DNA of 64,000 nt, from the IMG/VR virus record IMGVR_UViG_3300002461_000777, positions 3,256 to 67,255 of that record; one strand, given 5' to 3'. The notes under the pieces were generated by a model, which made no database searches, was not told the DNA's origin, and was given only the letters and a program-made list of their open reading frames with translations. Origin of the DNA: a virus. The stretch's first letter is position 1, and each line of letters begins with the position of its first letter. Positions 48,495-57,971 of the stretch are shown here, piece by piece. The position numbers and the translations under genes are program-made.

Positions 48495-48912
48495 ATAGCA
48501 GTTTCTTCTCTTTTTCGGGTAATAGTTCGATCAACACAGTCAGGATCTCCTCACACCGGGGTAGGTCCTGACTAATTATGTTTACACCATTGATGCCGTA
48601 TACGACGATCGGCATTCTGTCCATGAATAATAGGAATGTTTTCAACAAGGACCAACATTCATAATCAATTTTCAAGAATAATAGTCTGGTAGAGGCTGAT
48701 CCAAAGACATTGAAGAATGTCATAAGGTGATTCAGGATCAGTTTCTCTTTCAGGTCTTCTTTGGACTCCAAATACCTATGGAGAAGTCTGTTGATATACT
48801 TGATGCGATCCAAATCCTCTCGGAATTCCGCAACACTCTCCGCAGTGGGGTTGTGGTAATTCTTTGAAGCATAAAGAAGATAATTCGCTGGTGTTAGATT
48901 GTCAAAATTCAT
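48487..48912 (-). CDS. conserved T4-like phage protein
   Basis: F..L...NY.LYA.K.Y.NP...EF.EDL.RIKYI.RLL.RY...LILNH...F.NVFG; TAAATA upstream. Confidence 0.7.
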   Translation of the reverse strand: MNFDNLTPANYLLYASKNYHNPTAESVAEFREDLDRIKYINRLLHRYLESKEDLKEKLILNHLMTFFNVFGSASTRLLFLKIDYECWSLLKTFLLFMDRMPIVVYGINGVNIISQDLPRCEEILTVLIELLPEKEKKLLSK

Positions 48913-48947
48913 TAAGCACGAATATTTATTGACGGGGTTCGAGGTCA

Positions 48948-49954
48948 GGTGTTAAAATTGAAATATGAAAATTGGAATGACGGTTAAGGGAACTTGGCGA
49001 GATATTGAGACGGCACCCAAGGATGGGACAGTCATCATCACTGACGAGGGGAGTGCATGTTATGTCGATCAACGTAATTGGGGTTCTCCAGTGACTAACG
49101 GCTGGTATCTATGTGCATTCAACTGTCAACCAGATGTGAGTTATGATGGTTGTTTCGGGCTTGAGCCTAAGATTTGGCTTGACTTTGATTTTGAAGGGTT
49201 ATTGACAGAGACCAAAGTTTGATGTTAAAATTGAAATATGGAAACGACAATTCAGGACGCTCTTTTAAAGTTCAAGCCAGCGATTGCCGCCTCTTATGTT
49301 GCGATTGTTACCAGAAGTTTTAATTTGATTCAAGAGAGACTAGGCCCAACCTTCAAGAATGTCTATAATGATTGGAGTTTCGCTAAGATCTATCGTGAGA
49401 CTGTGGCACCCAATTGCACAGTAGATCATTCGACCAAAATTGTCAGCTTGAATGCTGCTAAGTTGGAGAGGAATTCCATCGCATATGCGGAATTTACGAT
49501 AGCTGCATGGCAGAATAAAATCGAATTCAAGATGGGTGACTTGGAGTCGGCTGAAGTCAAAGCTCTTGACGGCTATTCTTTCAGGATTTTCGGGACGCGT
49601 AATGGTGATAAGGTAGCAATCGATCAAACCATGATTGTGAATGTCTCCCCTAAAGGGAAGGTTTTCAACCAGTTTCCTGCTAGGATCTACGTCAATGGTA
49701 AATTCACCCCAGAATCCAAATACAAAAGTTCATTGACAAAATCCAAGGTTTGATGTTAAAATTGAAATATGGACGCACAACTCAAACAGGAAATTGAAAT
49801 CACGATCGAAGAAATCAGAAGCATTGATCCAAAACTCCAAGATCGTATCACACAACATGAACTGGAACAGGCTGTCAAAGCATTCAGGATTAGCGTTCTG
49901 AGAACGCACAGAGATGCGATTCGGCGAGAACAGCAGGGTGTGTTGTTCTTCTAG
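48948..49954 (+). repeat. three gene cassettes each preceded by the same promoter/start block
   Basis: TGTTAAAATTGAAATATG before ORFs 48965-49222, 49238-49753 and 49769-49954; last two share CAA(A/G)GTTTGATGTTAAAATTGAAATATGGA. Confidence 0.9.
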
Positions 49955-50460
49955 ACTTTAGTGGCTTTTGATTGCCTACGCCTCCTGCTTCGAGGAGGGT
50001 AACGGGGACCGGAATACCCATTATTGGGGACTATGGATACTAACAGAAATAATCAAAAGCCAAATTCGAATCGAAAGGCATAAATATTATCATGGAATTT
50101 AAAACTTTTCTAAATGAAACCAGCGATGAACCAACACACGAGGCCAATGGTTATCATACTATTAAGGAAGATATGTTGGGTACTCCGGTGGATCTAGAAA
50201 AAGGAACTTTGATTTGTTACAGGACGAATCAAGCTTTAGGTGTCGGATTGTTAATTGCTATCGACGGTCAAATGGAAATTTTCACTGCACCTAAACTGGG
50301 ACGTTACACACATTCCAAAGAATCATTAACAAATCCAACAAAAGTCATCAAGATAAATAGTTGGCCACAATTCTTCGACAGGAATTTCCTTGTACTAAAG
50401 AATCCAAAAATAGAAAATATATTTCGTGGATTGGTGCCATAAAAGCCAAATCTAGACTTT
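49950..50460. mobile_element. inserted cassette flanked by 10-bp direct repeats with short inverted repeats
   Basis: TCTAGACTTT at 49950-49959 and 50451-50460; TGGCTTTT left and AAAAGCCA right; internal AATCAAAAGCCA at 50051-50062. Confidence 0.55.
50092..50442 (+). CDS. putative capsid-targeted internal protein
   Basis: MEFKTFLNE-T; TAAATA at 50081-50086. Confidence 0.7.
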   Translation: MEFKTFLNETSDEPTHEANGYHTIKEDMLGTPVDLEKGTLICYRTNQALGVGLLIAIDGQMEIFTAPKLGRYTHSKESLTNPTKVIKINSWPQFFDRNFLVLKNPKIENIFRGLVP

Positions 50461-50697
50461 CGACCTGAGAGCCTTTTTCCAGAATCTCTCTATCACGTAA
50501 GGGTCATCACGCCAACTGGAACCTTCACCTCTCGAATGGCATTGACATTTTTCTTTCCCACATCCAATGCATTCTCCGACATGGAGACGGTCATATAATT
50601 TATTCCATGCAATAGTGTTCTGTGAAGGCATCCCGAACATATGCGAACCGTCAAAATCCAAATTAGACCCAGTGGTTCTTGATTTTCTTGTTTTCAT
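50452..50697 (-). CDS. small Cys-containing protein
   Basis: CIGCGKEKCQCH. Confidence 0.55.
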   Translation of the reverse strand: MKTRKSRTTGSNLDFDGSHMFGMPSQNTIAWNKLYDRLHVGECIGCGKEKCQCHSRGEGSSWRDDPYVIERFWKKALRSKV

Positions 50698-50704
50698 AAT
50701 ATTG

Positions 50705-50780
50705 TGGAGCCGTCCGACAGGATCGAACTGTCGACCTCCTATTTACAAGACAGGCGCTCTACCAACTGAGCTAGGACGGC
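50705..50780 (-). tRNA. trnT: tRNA-Thr(UGU) with encoded CCA
   Basis: GCCGTCC acceptor, D-arm GCTCAGTTGGTAGAGC, anticodon arm CCTGT-CTTGTAA-ATAGG, T-loop GTTCGATC, ends CCA. Confidence 0.97.
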
Positions 50781-50786
50781 TAAATG

Positions 50787-50806
50787 AGGTCCCGAAAGGG
50801 ACCTCA
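50787..50806. terminator. hairpin terminator after vWA gene
   Basis: GAGGTCCC-GAAA-GGGACCTC. Confidence 0.8.
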
Positions 50807-50809
50807 AAT

Positions 50810-51835
50810 TTATTTACTGCTCATAATCAGAAGGTTTTGACCTTTGATCAATTTACGATTCACAGAAGTACTCTGAACGAAAATATCAAAGTCAGTATTG
50901 GTATCGGGATTAACCTTGACATCATGGTGGGGCAGATTCAGAACTTGTCTGGCCTCAGCACCTTTATACAGTTTCTTCTTCTGTTTGTCATAAACCAATA
51001 TGGCCTTGTGATGTTGAATCAATTCGGATTTCGTCAACTGATAATAAGCCGAACCTTTGACGAAATTACGGTTGATTGACTTTTCGACGAATGTTCTGAT
51101 CGGTAAATCAGCACTCACAGGGTAAATACGATATTTTCTTCCATCGACTTCCTGTAAATTGCTCTTCACAGTGTTTTGATTCAAGTCCGATAATTTCAGT
51201 TTAAGCAGACCTTTATAACCACGAACACCCTGAGTGCGAGCTTCCATGAAATTATCGGCAGATTCGCTGATCTCATCGATCATTTTATCCAAACCAGCTT
51301 CAGTGACATTCCAAGTCTCAATACATTCAGCAGGAATTCCATAATTCTTGGCTTGAGCTACACCTTCCCGATTTGGAACAAGGACGCTCAAAGTCCAATT
51401 CTCTTCAGTATTGACTTTTTCAATCTCTGATTTGATAGATTGGGGGTTGAATATTCGGCTACGATTCTCATCACCATCAGTTACGACATATCCGATGAAA
51501 GCATGGTCACCGTATTTGACAGGAATGGTCTTTAAATCCTTGATTGTCAAACCGATACCATCCATCAGTGCTGTCATACCACTTGCTTTGAGTTTTCCAG
51601 CTAAGGAACCCAATCGGGCTACGTCAACATCAAAGACGACACATTCAACTTTATCCGCAAAAGTGAATATCGACAAACGAGTTTCTTGGTTTAATTTAAC
51701 TGATTTTGCTTTTAGTCTTTCAACAGTCTTATCGATCAATGTTGTCATTTGATCAATAAGGTGGGACATGGAAGACGAAGTATCTATCACGAGGGCATAA
51801 TGATTGATATATTGGTAATAATATTCTTTGTACAT
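50810..51835 (-). CDS. von Willebrand factor A domain protein
   Basis: MIDAS-type DTSSSM, GMTALMD, VVTDGDEN. Confidence 0.88.
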   Translation of the reverse strand: MYKEYYYQYINHYALVIDTSSSMSHLIDQMTTLIDKTVERLKAKSVKLNQETRLSIFTFADKVECVVFDVDVARLGSLAGKLKASGMTALMDGIGLTIKDLKTIPVKYGDHAFIGYVVTDGDENRSRIFNPQSIKSEIEKVNTEENWTLSVLVPNREGVAQAKNYGIPAECIETWNVTEAGLDKMIDEISESADNFMEARTQGVRGYKGLLKLKLSDLNQNTVKSNLQEVDGRKYRIYPVSADLPIRTFVEKSINRNFVKGSAYYQLTKSELIQHHKAILVYDKQKKKLYKGAEARQVLNLPHHDVKVNPDTNTDFDIFVQSTSVNRKLIKGQNLLIMSSK

Positions 51836-51929
51836 TTTTACTTTCTAATTCACTATAATACCATAATTTACTAGTTTTGGTCCATTAGAGAACCTTACAG
51901 TTATTTATATAGTTAATCAAAAGAATACC

Positions 51930-51958
51930 TTGTCGGCTTAACATGGCCATGTTATAAT
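51930..51958 (+). promoter_or_regulatory. sigma70-type promoter of the large ncRNA
   Basis: TTGTCG-N17-TATAAT. Confidence 0.8.
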
Positions 51959-51964
51959 GGTTTT

Positions 51965-52395
51965 GTAAGCGTGAACGGATGGTGCACACATTAGTTCACT
52001 TGGTCCAGACTGATGGATTCTGGATGACATTCCTATACCTCCATCAAACGTAAGCCGCCACACGTGGTACCACAAATGTCATCATCCTGATGAGGGATTT
52101 GACTAGTAAGATGGCGGTGAAGCTCCAGCATTTGGATGTGGATATCTAGGAGCGAGGTCCTGCAAAGCTTGGACGGAATATTCACAAAGCATAACCCAAT
52201 CGCGAAGACAACATTTATCTCGGGTCTAGCGATAGTTGAAGGAAAGAAATTCTCTTCTGGGTTCGAGTTCTCAGGATAAACCATCTGAGGTAAAATAAGT
52301 TAATGGAGATGTTCTTGTGACCCGAAGCCAAGTTCACTCCGAGTTCCTCAATGAACTATACATTGAGTGGTGGAGGGTCCGTTAGGACCCCTATA
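51965..52395 (+). ncRNA. large structured ncRNA, ROOL-like, apparently circularly permuted
   Basis: Own promoter and terminator, no credible ORF, many long-range helices and a pseudoknot; family assignment from recalled motifs only. Confidence 0.65.
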
Positions 52396-52442
52396 GAAAA
52401 CCCGCTGGAAGCAATTCTCATCTCTGCTTCCAGCGGGTTTTC
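52396..52442. terminator. strong bidirectional terminator
   Basis: 17-bp perfect stem GAAAACCCGCTGGAAGC / GCTTCCAGCGGGTTTTC. Confidence 0.9.
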
Positions 52443-52459
52443 TGTGTTTGGATTGTAAA

Positions 52460-53974
52460 CTAATTTACGACGATCGAAGCGGCTGATGGCATGGTGAATG
52501 TGATATTGGCATTGACGTTACCCAAATCCACAATCGTACCACCATTCAGAGCTAGAGAGCTAAGAGTAACTTGGCCGGGTTGAGCGTAATCAGCAGCAAC
52601 TACCTTGTACATGAAGGTCAACTGTTGAGTACCAGAACCAACAAAGTAATTCAAATATCTCTGAACGCCATTGATGGTGATCGGAACTCTAGGAGTACCA
52701 GTCACTACGACAGGCTTAGAGAATTTCACTTTGAGAACAATGTTCTGACCCGTCGAATAGGGGCTGACATTAATCGGAGGTACTTCGGAGATCACAGCGG
52801 GTGTATTATCCACAATGATACCAGAAGTGCTCGGAGCGGTGAATGTCAACACAGCATTGTTGGTTGATGCATCTCTGATTGTACCACCATTTAATACAAT
52901 TGGTGAGAGAATAGAAATCTGACCAGCAGGACCTTCGTCACCAGCAAGAATGGCATATCTGAAGAGGAGTGTATCCGTAGTTGATCCTGATGTATAAGCG
53001 GCGATTCTGACGTTTTCACCAATTCTTACTTGGATTCGCGGAACACCGACGACGGTTACGGGTTCATCAAATACAACAGTCACATCGAAGTTACTCGGAT
53101 TCTTGTAATAACCATCAGCAATCGTGGTCACGGTAGTAACTACAGGAGCCTGTGTATCGGTAATTGTGACAGTGTCAATGTTCGAAGCGGCGGGAAGTGT
53201 CAAAGTTGACATGGCGTTGCCAGCACGATCGATAATTGTCCCGCCATTAAGACTTACGTTAGCTGGCAGATCAACCTCAGTTGCCAATGCCACAATACCA
53301 TTAGGTACAACGGCTTGGAAAGCATGGGTTGTGGTGCCCGATCCACCGATGTAGTCAGCATTCACGTTGGTACCATCCAAAACCATTACGATTCGAGGAG
53401 TGCCAGTGACATTCACGATCTCCGAAGAAGTCACTATTAACATAATAGCATCACCAGAGGAATATGAGGAAGCCAAATTGGCTGTAGCGGTGAATGTGGG
53501 TAATGCAGTGTCAACGGTAGCAGCCACGGTTGGAGCAGTGAAGGTCAATACAGCATTGTTGAGTGCTGTATCTCTAATCGTTCCACCATTAAGCGTGACT
53601 GGAGAGGCGATTGCTACAGCACCAGTTTCGGCGGCGGCAACCACTTTTCGGAATACCAATCGATTAGTACCACTACCCGAAACATAATCCCAATTTTTTG
53701 AAGTTGCATCGAAAGTACCGACAATTCTGGGGGTACCAGTGACAACAACCACTTCATTGAAATAGACGGCCAGATCAATATTTTCATTAAGTTTGTACCA
53801 AGCTTTAGTTGGTGTTACGAATTCGACATAGGTGACATCGGGTGCACCACCAGCAGCATTCGCATTTCTGAAGGCGACCAAAAGTTCGCCTGTGATTGGG
53901 TCTTCCCAACCTCTATTTGTAGCAACCGCATCTGGTTTCCAGCGTGGTGGTTGATTCGCAGTCCAAAGAGCCAT
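52460..53974 (-). CDS. Ig-like repeat virion decoration protein (Hoc-like)
   Basis: N-terminal AVATNRGW...GELLVA; four repeats V.F.E.V.VTGTPRI...Y.SGSGT..L.F.Y.V...LNGGTI.D; TAAATA upstream. Confidence 0.75.
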   Translation of the reverse strand: MALWTANQPPRWKPDAVATNRGWEDPITGELLVAFRNANAAGGAPDVTYVEFVTPTKAWYKLNENIDLAVYFNEVVVVTGTPRIVGTFDATSKNWDYVSGSGTNRLVFRKVVAAAETGAVAIASPVTLNGGTIRDTALNNAVLTFTAPTVAATVDTALPTFTATANLASSYSSGDAIMLIVTSSEIVNVTGTPRIVMVLDGTNVNADYIGGSGTTTHAFQAVVPNGIVALATEVDLPANVSLNGGTIIDRAGNAMSTLTLPAASNIDTVTITDTQAPVVTTVTTIADGYYKNPSNFDVTVVFDEPVTVVGVPRIQVRIGENVRIAAYTSGSTTDTLLFRYAILAGDEGPAGQISILSPIVLNGGTIRDASTNNAVLTFTAPSTSGIIVDNTPAVISEVPPINVSPYSTGQNIVLKVKFSKPVVVTGTPRVPITINGVQRYLNYFVGSGTQQLTFMYKVVAADYAQPGQVTLSSLALNGGTIVDLGNVNANITFTMPSAASIVVN

Positions 53975-54076
53975 TTGTGATAATTTCCTTTGATAGTATT
54001 TATAAGCAATTATATACGAATATTATTGACATATAATTGAGAATGTGCTATAATCAAAATTCAGGGAGAAATTAAC

Positions 54077-54373
54077 ATGTTAACCGCACATATGAATCAT
54101 CAAATCGAGTCTGAAGGAAATTTTGACCAAGAAATTGATGAAATTCTGTATTCCCAAGATCATCAAATATTATCCGAACTCGAATGCCATTTTTGTAAAT
54201 CACAATTACATGAAAATAACAATGTCATGACTCGATGCATGAGCAATCAAGAACTTGCTCCACGAGGGATGGGATGGGTATCTGTTATTGTTCAACCATT
54301 CCGAGAAGTTCCCTGTTGTGATATTTGTCTGGAAAAACCCGATGACCAACTACAAGGTCTCCTGATGGTATAA
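54077..54373 (+). CDS. hypothetical zinc-binding protein
   Basis: CHFC and CCDIC; GGGAG RBS. Confidence 0.55.
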   Translation: MLTAHMNHQIESEGNFDQEIDEILYSQDHQILSELECHFCKSQLHENNNVMTRCMSNQELAPRGMGWVSVIVQPFREVPCCDICLEKPDDQLQGLLMV

Positions 54374-54480
54374 ATAATCATGTAAGCCTTGATGTCACCG
54401 CTTAACAATGTGCTCATGGTATAGAAAGAGATGGGACGTAACTCGAAAGAGGCGTCCCATTTTCGTATTAAATATTTGAT

Positions 54481-54879
54481 ATGTCTTTCCTTCGATTTCT
54501 GACTGAATCCAAACAAATTGAGTCATTTATGACCGATCTTAAACAGAAATATGGAAATAAGTCGGATCGTTTTACACTAGAAATAAACAGGAAAGAAGTA
54601 GCATCTTTCATTGTCGGCGAGAGAGAAGGGCGAATAAGACTCCGTGGATTGGATTCTCACGAGAAACGTCAAGGGTATGCTAGCCAAATTCTCAAAAATC
54701 TTACTGAGTTGGCCGACAAATATCATTTAGTAATAGAATTGACTGCTTCACCCCATGGTGATGAAGAAACTAGGATGAATCACGAACAACTACAGAGTTT
54801 CTATTCTAAATTTGGCTTTGAAATGGAAGAAGGTTTTGACCCGTCTTACGGCTATATGATTCGTAAACCTAAATATTAG
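54481..54879 (+). CDS. GNAT acetyltransferase, capsid-targeted
   Basis: MSFLRFLTE-S; KRQGYASQIL acetyl-CoA motif A; L..FYSKFGF. Confidence 0.82.
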   Translation: MSFLRFLTESKQIESFMTDLKQKYGNKSDRFTLEINRKEVASFIVGEREGRIRLRGLDSHEKRQGYASQILKNLTELADKYHLVIELTASPHGDEETRMNHEQLQSFYSKFGFEMEEGFDPSYGYMIRKPKY

Positions 54880-54880
54880 A

Positions 54881-55693
54881 GTGACCTTTTTACAGTTCTT
54901 AACTGAATCCGATGAATTTGTGTTAGCTTGGAATGCTTATACCAACAAGAATCCCAAGGCTGAACCAATACCATCACAATACAAGAGATTTTCTAAAATA
55001 TCTTCCAAAAAACCTCCTAAGGGGATCCTTCGTGGGTGTTATCATAATTCCATGAAGAATTTTCAAGAAAATAATCTCAGAATGGTCGTGGGATTGGCTG
55101 TGCCAGTGAGTGATGCCGAACATCTCTTGAGAACTGGTGAGATGAGTTGGAATCCGAAATACCGTGGGTATGACCATGCTTGGAATATAGATGATTCGGG
55201 TGCTATAATAGATTCAACTTATGAAAATCCAAAAGATTTTCGGTATTATGGATTCGTAGTACCAACTGTCACAGCAAAAAGTTTTAAAGTAGATAATGAT
55301 GTCATGAATTATGTTCATCAAATTAATGGTGCTCATGATAAAGATAGAGCTAAAGTAGTCTTTGGCGAGCATCCCAAGAAATTGGTGAATATTCAAGAAC
55401 CATTGCCTGAGCCATTCAAAAGTGTTTTGGATAGCAAAAAATTTATCTTCCATAGTTCATCACATGATAAAAATCAAATTAATTATCTCTATATCAAGAA
55501 AGGTGATAATGGCATTAAAGTCACTTTAAGATATAATTCAAAAACCAAAAAGATAGAACATATCTACCAAGAATCCATCATTCACGATAAAAGATCCAAC
55601 ACTAGTGGGCCGGGGAAAGTGAAAAGTTGGTTTGGTGATAACAGTTGGTATAATTGGTCTAACAACGTCAAACCAGACAGGAATGCCTACTAA
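54881..55693 (+). CDS. papain/transglutaminase-like (Cys-His-Asp) protein, capsid-targeted
   Basis: MTFLQFLTE-S; GCYHNS...DHAWN.D...IIDST...YYG. Confidence 0.6.
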   Translation: MTFLQFLTESDEFVLAWNAYTNKNPKAEPIPSQYKRFSKISSKKPPKGILRGCYHNSMKNFQENNLRMVVGLAVPVSDAEHLLRTGEMSWNPKYRGYDHAWNIDDSGAIIDSTYENPKDFRYYGFVVPTVTAKSFKVDNDVMNYVHQINGAHDKDRAKVVFGEHPKKLVNIQEPLPEPFKSVLDSKKFIFHSSSHDKNQINYLYIKKGDNGIKVTLRYNSKTKKIEHIYQESIIHDKRSNTSGPGKVKSWFGDNSWYNWSNNVKPDRNAY

Positions 55694-55695
55694 AT

Positions 55696-57045
55696 ATGAC
55701 TTTTTCTCAATTCCTTTTAGAATTCAACTGTTCTACCGATCGGCTAGTGACTAAATCAGAAATTGATGCATTAGAAAGATACCTCGACCAAGTCTGGGCA
55801 AAAGCTGGTATCGACGTCGATTTCACCAAGCACTTCATCGATCGAATCAACGACAGTAGGAACATTAAGCAAATTACGGTTTGTGACGTTCAAAACATCT
55901 TTGATCAAGCCTTTAAGAGATATTCAGATAAATTCGCTAAACAAAAAGTTGATTTCCAAGCTGTTTTAAAATCAGTATCCACAGCTATCAATATCCCATT
56001 CATTCTTGATTCAAAAGATGGCCAACTGACTCTTATCAACAAAACGATTATGAGGAAGAAGGACTTTAAATCTGATGACAGAATCTTTACCGTTGAATCT
56101 GCTAATTATCAAGGCTATAAAATGTGGGGTTTCATTGACAAAAATGGTGATTTGATAGAGGGTACACCCAATGATAATTACCACGATGATATAGCTATCG
56201 AAGCATTCGGTTGCTATACTGATGAAGCGGTGATCAAACGTAAAGCTATCAGATTCGCACAGATGACTGATGCTGGTTGGTTGATATCTTTAGAGACTTT
56301 AGCTCTCAAAAACCTCAAAGAATTAGATCATTTCATAGAAAAACATGACGATGTTTATGTTGATATATTGAAGAATGGTAATCTCATCAAAGCATTTGAA
56401 GATAAATGGGTCAACGTTCTCAAATTAACACAAAAGCCTTATAGAGACAAATTCTTGGCTGAATCCAATTATTACAGATACAATTATGATATAGATCCCG
56501 GAGCCGATCCTCTGTCACAACGTTATGCCAGATATAAAAATCTTTTTCAAAAGGGTAAAGAAGATCCTAACAAATTACCTAATATACAAGTTTTGCAAAT
56601 GGCGAGGCCCATTAAAGATGAACAATGGGCAAGAATTTTCCGAAAGAGATTTAATGTAGCTCAACGTAAATTCAAAGCAGCTAATCCAAAATATTATATC
56701 AAAAGAGAGAATCATCTTGCTGGTACGGCTGATTGGAATGGCAAAATTTATACGGAAGATAATGAATTAGTCGGGTCGTTTTATTTGAATGTTTATAAAG
56801 TCAAAGAGACAGATAAACTAATTGGTTATATAAATTCAATAGCGAAATGGATACCCAATTCACACAAAGCGGATTGGAAGAATGAATCACCCCATAAAGG
56901 GCTACTCACTCATGTAATGAAGCTTTGGATGGAACAGATAAAAGATGATGTCAGTGTAATAATGTTGGATGTTGGGAATTTATCTTATTGGGCACATTTC
57001 TTCAACAAATATTACCCGAATGTCACAGTATTGGATACGGATTAA
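55696..57045 (+). CDS. multi-domain capsid-targeted protein (putative polyprotein)
   Basis: MTFSQFLLE; internal TVE-S and FLAE-S; FTKHFIDRIND domain, WGFI..NG..YHDDIA domain, GNAT-like C-terminus. Confidence 0.65.
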   Translation: MTFSQFLLEFNCSTDRLVTKSEIDALERYLDQVWAKAGIDVDFTKHFIDRINDSRNIKQITVCDVQNIFDQAFKRYSDKFAKQKVDFQAVLKSVSTAINIPFILDSKDGQLTLINKTIMRKKDFKSDDRIFTVESANYQGYKMWGFIDKNGDLIEGTPNDNYHDDIAIEAFGCYTDEAVIKRKAIRFAQMTDAGWLISLETLALKNLKELDHFIEKHDDVYVDILKNGNLIKAFEDKWVNVLKLTQKPYRDKFLAESNYYRYNYDIDPGADPLSQRYARYKNLFQKGKEDPNKLPNIQVLQMARPIKDEQWARIFRKRFNVAQRKFKAANPKYYIKRENHLAGTADWNGKIYTEDNELVGSFYLNVYKVKETDKLIGYINSIAKWIPNSHKADWKNESPHKGLLTHVMKLWMEQIKDDVSVIMLDVGNLSYWAHFFNKYYPNVTVLDTD

Positions 57046-57365
57046 TCTTCGATTTTAACCAAGAATTCTGGTTCTTTACATACACCAATACGCTCAAGAT
57101 TATCATCTAATCTGGTGAAATCAGTCCATATTTCACCTTCGAAAGACGGATGATTGGGGATTGTGACACCTTGCGTTTTCAAAATATCGAGAAAATAATA
57201 TCCACCAACCAGTGTATGCCAATAAGTACCTCTTGTCTGTGATTTGATGATCAAATAACAATCCATTTCATCTTCAGCATATCCAATCAAACGACAGACT
57301 TCTGTGCCTATCAAAATTGGTTCATTGAAATGTGATTTAATCTCATCGTGGTATTTTTGTATCAT
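57042..57365 (-). CDS. hypothetical protein
   Basis: 107-aa ORF. Confidence 0.6.
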   Translation of the reverse strand: MIQKYHDEIKSHFNEPILIGTEVCRLIGYAEDEMDCYLIIKSQTRGTYWHTLVGGYYFLDILKTQGVTIPNHPSFEGEIWTDFTRLDDNLERIGVCKEPEFLVKIED

Positions 57366-57368
57366 GTT

Positions 57369-57971
57369 TTAGTCCCATTCCTGAGAAACAATTTCGGCAG
57401 TCCAAATCCTCAATGATTCTTCTGGTTTAATATGAATCGGAATACCATTAAAGTAATCGCCATTCTTGAATATTTCGGGATTAGGATTAACTTTTATTTT
57501 AGTGTTCCTAGGTAGCATTCTCTCGGATTCTTTCTCAATAGATTTTTTCGAGAGGTCAGCAGCATATTGCCCTTTTTTCGCCTTGATCGCTAGTATATCA
57601 GCAGGGATTAATGGTTCGCCGGGTTTAAGGTAACTATTTACGCGCCAAGAGCCACGTATTGCAAAGATCGTCGCTACAGAGAGTTCCTCAGATGTCGATA
57701 AGAATGATGGGAAATGAATAATATTGTTAGAGTCCATCATCTCAGTAGGATCATGTCTCAATCCAGAATAGAGCCAAGTGTTTTTGGTGAGGATATTCTT
57801 TCTTGCGATTTTATCCAAAGCCGCCAAATCATGCTTATCGATCTTAGATGGTGGTTTAGTTCCATCCTTATGATGTTGCCAAAGAGCTTGATTCAAATTC
57901 TGAGACATATCAGTGTAACGTTTGATATGCGATTTTTGAGTTTCTTCATCCAGAAATCGAGCAAAGGTCAT
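57369..57971 (-). CDS. ADP-ribosyltransferase (Alt/Mod/VIP2-like), capsid-targeted
   Basis: MTFARFLDE-E; YT..S..LN..L, LYSG, FLSTS, EKESERMLPRNTK (R/S-S-E type). Confidence 0.82.
   Translation of the reverse strand: MTFARFLDEETQKSHIKRYTDMSQNLNQALWQHHKDGTKPPSKIDKHDLAALDKIARKNILTKNTWLYSGLRHDPTEMMDSNNIIHFPSFLSTSEELSVATIFAIRGSWRVNSYLKPGEPLIPADILAIKAKKGQYAADLSKKSIEKESERMLPRNTKIKVNPNPEIFKNGDYFNGIPIHIKPEESLRIWTAEIVSQEWD

Noticed and set aside
49975-50050. HDV-like or theta ribozyme (GCCTCCTG motif)
   Set aside because: No P3 3' strand or P1/P2 partners could be found in the required order
50567-51079. 170-aa plus-strand ORF
   Set aside because: Antisense to tRNA-Thr and the vWA gene; shadow frame
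51965-52395. RNase P RNA or second tmRNA; also ORF 52033-52284
   Set aside because: No GAGGAAAGTCC or tRNA-like acceptor ends; the ORF is antisense to a promoter/terminator unit and lacks RBS and recognisable motifs
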